The notes beneath the pieces were generated by a model, which worked only from the letters and a program-made list of their open reading frames with translations, was not told the origin of the DNA and did no database searches. Shown here one piece after another: positions 53,944-56,109 of a DNA stretch of 56,109 nt (position 1 is the first letter of the stretch; each line of letters opens with the position of its first letter). Source of the stretch: a virus (lineage: Duplodnaviria > Caudoviricetes); IMG/VR virus record IMGVR_UViG_3300037420_000316, positions 1-56,109 of that record; one strand, given 5' to 3'. The position numbers and the translations under genes were made by a program.

Positions 53944-53995
53944 GTCGATCTCCTTGTGGTGATGGTCAGTGTTTCAGGTTGAAACACTCGGTTGG

Positions 53996-54325
53996 TCAGT
54001 AGTCGAGCGCGGCAACTTCGGTGCATGACACGCCGGGGTGAACGTCCTGCGGGCCGTGGTGGTCGAGCGGGCCGGTGCCGAACTCCACGTCCTTGCACAT
54101 CGGGCACGACTCGAAGAACCGTTCGATCCATCGGGGCGAGAGCACTCCCCCGCAGCGGATCGTTACCTCGCGGTCCACGAACACCTGCTGGCCGGTCGAG
54201 TGGAAGATCATGACGACCGTGGCCGCGGTGTCCTCATCGGTGTAGACGCTCTGGGCGAACGTCACACCCTTCTCATTCACGCGGTACCGCGTCATCGGCC
54301 AAGAGCCGACCTTGAAGATGTCCAT
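53996..54325 (-). CDS. Hypothetical protein
   Basis: GGGAG RBS after palindrome at 54344; CPMC. Confidence 0.6.
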   Translation of the reverse strand: MDIFKVGSWPMTRYRVNEKGVTFAQSVYTDEDTAATVVMIFHSTGQQVFVDREVTIRCGGVLSPRWIERFFESCPMCKDVEFGTGPLDHHGPQDVHPGVSCTEVAALDY

Positions 54326-54402
54326 GCTGTCTCCCGTGTCTCGGTGTTTCAGGGTGAAACACTCGGTGGTGGTGGTCGGGTGGTGTTCAACTTGCTGACG
54401 CA

Positions 54403-54432
54403 AGTCTATCAGTTACACACCCCAGGTGGCAA
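54403..54432 (-). promoter_or_regulatory. Sigma70-type promoter with operator in the spacer
   Basis: TTGCCA-18 nt-TAGACT; 15-bp motif at 54406-54420. Confidence 0.68.
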
Positions 54433-54450
54433 CCTTAGAGGTCGTCCCAC

Positions 54451-54519
54451 GAGTCATGCGACTCACCCGAGTCATGGGAGTCATGCGAGTCATGGGAGTC
54501 ATGCGAGTCACCCGCGTCA
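54451..54519. repeat. Tandem 9-bp repeat, 7 units plus a partial
   Basis: GAGTCATGC GACTCACCC GAGTCATGG GAGTCATGC GAGTCATGG GAGTCATGC GAGTCACCC GCGTCA. Confidence 0.9.
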
Positions 54520-54537
54520 GGGGTGAGATGGTGCCGG

Positions 54538-54825
54538 CTAGTAGCGCGGCAGGATGGCCGTAGCCATGCCGCCATGCACGCACATAGCAATGCAGGCAGC
54601 GGCCTCCGCGGCGGCACCGTAGCTCGGGAACGCTTCCCTCGAGACGTTCACGCGACTCCACACCCGCACGATCCGACCCTCCTTCACGTCGTCGTGCAGG
54701 CTCGTGGACACGTCGAACGAGTACACGGGCGGGTCCAGGTCGCCGGCCTCGAGCCCACGTCCGAGCTCACTCGTGGGACGCGCCGGCCTAACCGACCCCT
54801 CCCCCGGTCTCCTATCCACACTCAC
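54538..54825 (-). CDS. Hypothetical protein
   Basis: AGGAG RBS and GTG after palindrome at 54867. Confidence 0.55.
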   Translation of the reverse strand: MSVDRRPGEGSVRPARPTSELGRGLEAGDLDPPVYSFDVSTSLHDDVKEGRIVRVWSRVNVSREAFPSYGAAAEAAACIAMCVHGGMATAILPRY

Positions 54826-54996
54826 GTCTGTCTCCTGTTCTCTACCGACTAGGTAGGTCTGTTTCAGTGTTTCAACGTGAAACACTCTGAGCTCCACCCC
54901 GCGTCCAGGCGCGTGGCCGTGCCGGCTCGAGCTGGTCCAGGCCGGACATGCCAGTAGGCCCGACCCCCGAAGGGATCGGGCCTTCCGGCCTGCGGG

Positions 54997-55668
54997 TCAG
55001 TCCTGCCGCATCTCGAGCGAGCCGAGCATGTCCGCGACCTCGGCCTGCTGGTCGAGCGAGAGGTTCGGCCACGCCGCGATCAGGACCCCCATTGCATCCT
55101 GCGCCTGCGCCCATGCGGTGCGCTTCGGCTGCGCCACGGGCTTGGAAGCCTTCGGCGTCTCAGCCTTCGGCGCGTCACCCTTCGGCGCGGCAGGCTTGCC
55201 CTTCCCGCGCTTGGAGTCACGCGACTGGGACACACCGCGCTTGTCCGTGGTGGTGGTGGCAGGCGTGGCGTCCGCTGCGTCTCCGGTCGCTTCGGCGACC
55301 TCAGCGGCGACCTCGGCACCCTTCGCCTTCACGCGACGGTTCACGGTGGCAACGGACGTGTCCGTGGCCTTGGCCGCATCCCTCTGGGACACGCCGAAGT
55401 GGACGAACACAACGGCGACCCACTCGCGCTCACTCTTGGTCGCACCCTTCGGCAGGGTCGCTTCCAGCGTGGCCGTGGCGTACTCCGTCCACGACGAGAA
55501 TCCGCGTGCGGCGTGCAAGTCGGCCGCCTTCGCCGCCTTGATCGCCTTCACGAGCGACCGACGCGCCGTGAGCATGTCACGCACACCCTTCACGAGCGCG
55601 CTGTGCATGTCCTCAGCCGCCTCAGTCGTGAGGGTGGTGGTGGTCGCGGGGGTGGTGGTGGTGGTCAT
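54997..55668 (-). CDS. HTH-containing basic DNA-binding protein
   Basis: GFSSWTEY, GVSQRDAAKATDTSVATVNRRVK; Lys/Ala/Pro-rich tail; first gene of the right arm. Confidence 0.72.
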   Translation of the reverse strand: MTTTTTPATTTTLTTEAAEDMHSALVKGVRDMLTARRSLVKAIKAAKAADLHAARGFSSWTEYATATLEATLPKGATKSEREWVAVVFVHFGVSQRDAAKATDTSVATVNRRVKAKGAEVAAEVAEATGDAADATPATTTTDKRGVSQSRDSKRGKGKPAAPKGDAPKAETPKASKPVAQPKRTAWAQAQDAMGVLIAAWPNLSLDQQAEVADMLGSLEMRQD

Positions 55669-56109
55669 GGTGACTTCCCTTCGGTGGGGGTGGTGGCCCG
55701 CTGTCTGCGGTGCCGATGAGAGAAAGGTAGTCCTCTCAGTTACACACCGCAAGTCCTTTCGGCAGATTGATCCAAGAATCTTTCGATTGAGCGTGGATCA
55801 CGAGTGTTTCAGGTTGAAACACACGGCATAGGTCACCCCCACGGCATCCCTTCCCTTGTGTGCGTTGTGTGCGTTGCGCGCGGTGTGTGGTGACGGTTCG
55901 GACTGAAACGCTCGAGTGTTTCAACCTGAAACACTCACCCCTTTCAGCCTCCCCTCCCCTTGTGTTCCAGGCCGAACGCACCGCGTGAAAGTCGACCGAT
56001 CAGCTCAGCTTTCAGCCGCCGGCAGTGAGGATGCATGTCTATGCATGGCGGTGCATGAGTATGCGTTCGACGGCGTGGGGTATGACCCCCGCCACGAGGC
56101 CACCCGCAC

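Larger units (their letters stand above)
4876..55747. promoter_or_regulatory. Dispersed asymmetric 15-bp operator/stoperator-like motif, consensus GTGKGYAACTKAGAG, about 31 copies
   Basis: + strand starts: 4876, 8180, 9395, 11136, 11721, 18673, 21777, 25616, 26515, 26731, 28666, 30487, 32094, 35066; - strand (left coordinate): 23429, 24199, 39254, 42815, 43574, 44426, 45874, 47375, 47697, 48594, 49514, 50216, 51080, 52620, 53007, 54406, 55733. Confidence 0.88.
11783..55934. repeat. Dispersed 19-bp palindrome GTGTTTCA-N3-TGAAACAC, 13 copies
   Basis: Starts at 11783, 23046, 43509, 47410, 49460 (one mismatch), 51043, 52014, 52573, 53969, 54344, 54867, 55804, 55916. Confidence 0.95.
1..56109. 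mobile_element. Temperate actinobacteriophage (siphovirus) genome, R4/BD-like architecture
   Basis: Terminase-portal-protease-scaffold-capsid-tail-tape measure order, repressor, serine integrase, convergent right arm; no host housekeeping genes at either end. Confidence 0.95.

Noticed and set aside
54413-54661. ORFs reading the 9-bp repeat as SHD or MTP/MTR peptides
   Set aside because: No RBS, they overlap a better-supported ORF and promoter, and the periodicity is explained by the DNA repeat
43509-55934. 19-bp palindromes as a CRISPR array (GTTTCA...TGAAAC resembles some repeat ends; a Cas4-like gene is present)
   Set aside because: Copies are only 19 bp and lie 0.1-4 kb apart with whole genes between them, not 30-40-nt spacers; no cas1, cas2 or cas6; Cas4-like exonucleases are routine in these phages
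56060-56109. Exact cos site or terminal overhang
   Set aside because: Gene layout suggests the termini are near the window ends, but the cut site cannot be assigned without read data

Overview
The window looks like the complete or near-complete ~56 kb genome of a temperate, GC-rich actinobacterial siphovirus, organised like R4-like (cluster BD) Streptomyces phages and cluster A mycobacteriophages; the host cannot be determined from sequence. The + strand carries HNH, an RNA cluster, a GH25 lysin fusion, terminase, head and tail genes, a CHAP lysin with a holin candidate, an immunity repressor, replication and nucleotide genes (exonucleases, helicase, RuvC-like resolvase, split primase, class II RNR, ThyX; no DNA polymerase) and a large serine integrase with a candidate attP. 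The - strand right arm carries many small genes plus a BCS1-like AAA ATPase, RtcB and a C5 methyltransferase. The most unusual content is non-coding. Besides canonical tRNA-Asn and tRNA-Lys there is a circularly permuted tRNA-like RNA (966-1063), a D-arm-less CCA-ending tRNA mimic (49582-49647, - strand) and a non-canonical tRNA-Trp-like gene (815-887), all in a genome encoding the RNA ligase RtcB. Two dispersed motif systems are present: about 31 oriented 15-bp stoperator-like sites and 13 parS-like 19-bp palindromes that mostly head right-arm gene units. Protein calls are from motifs and synteny recognised by eye; no database search was run.
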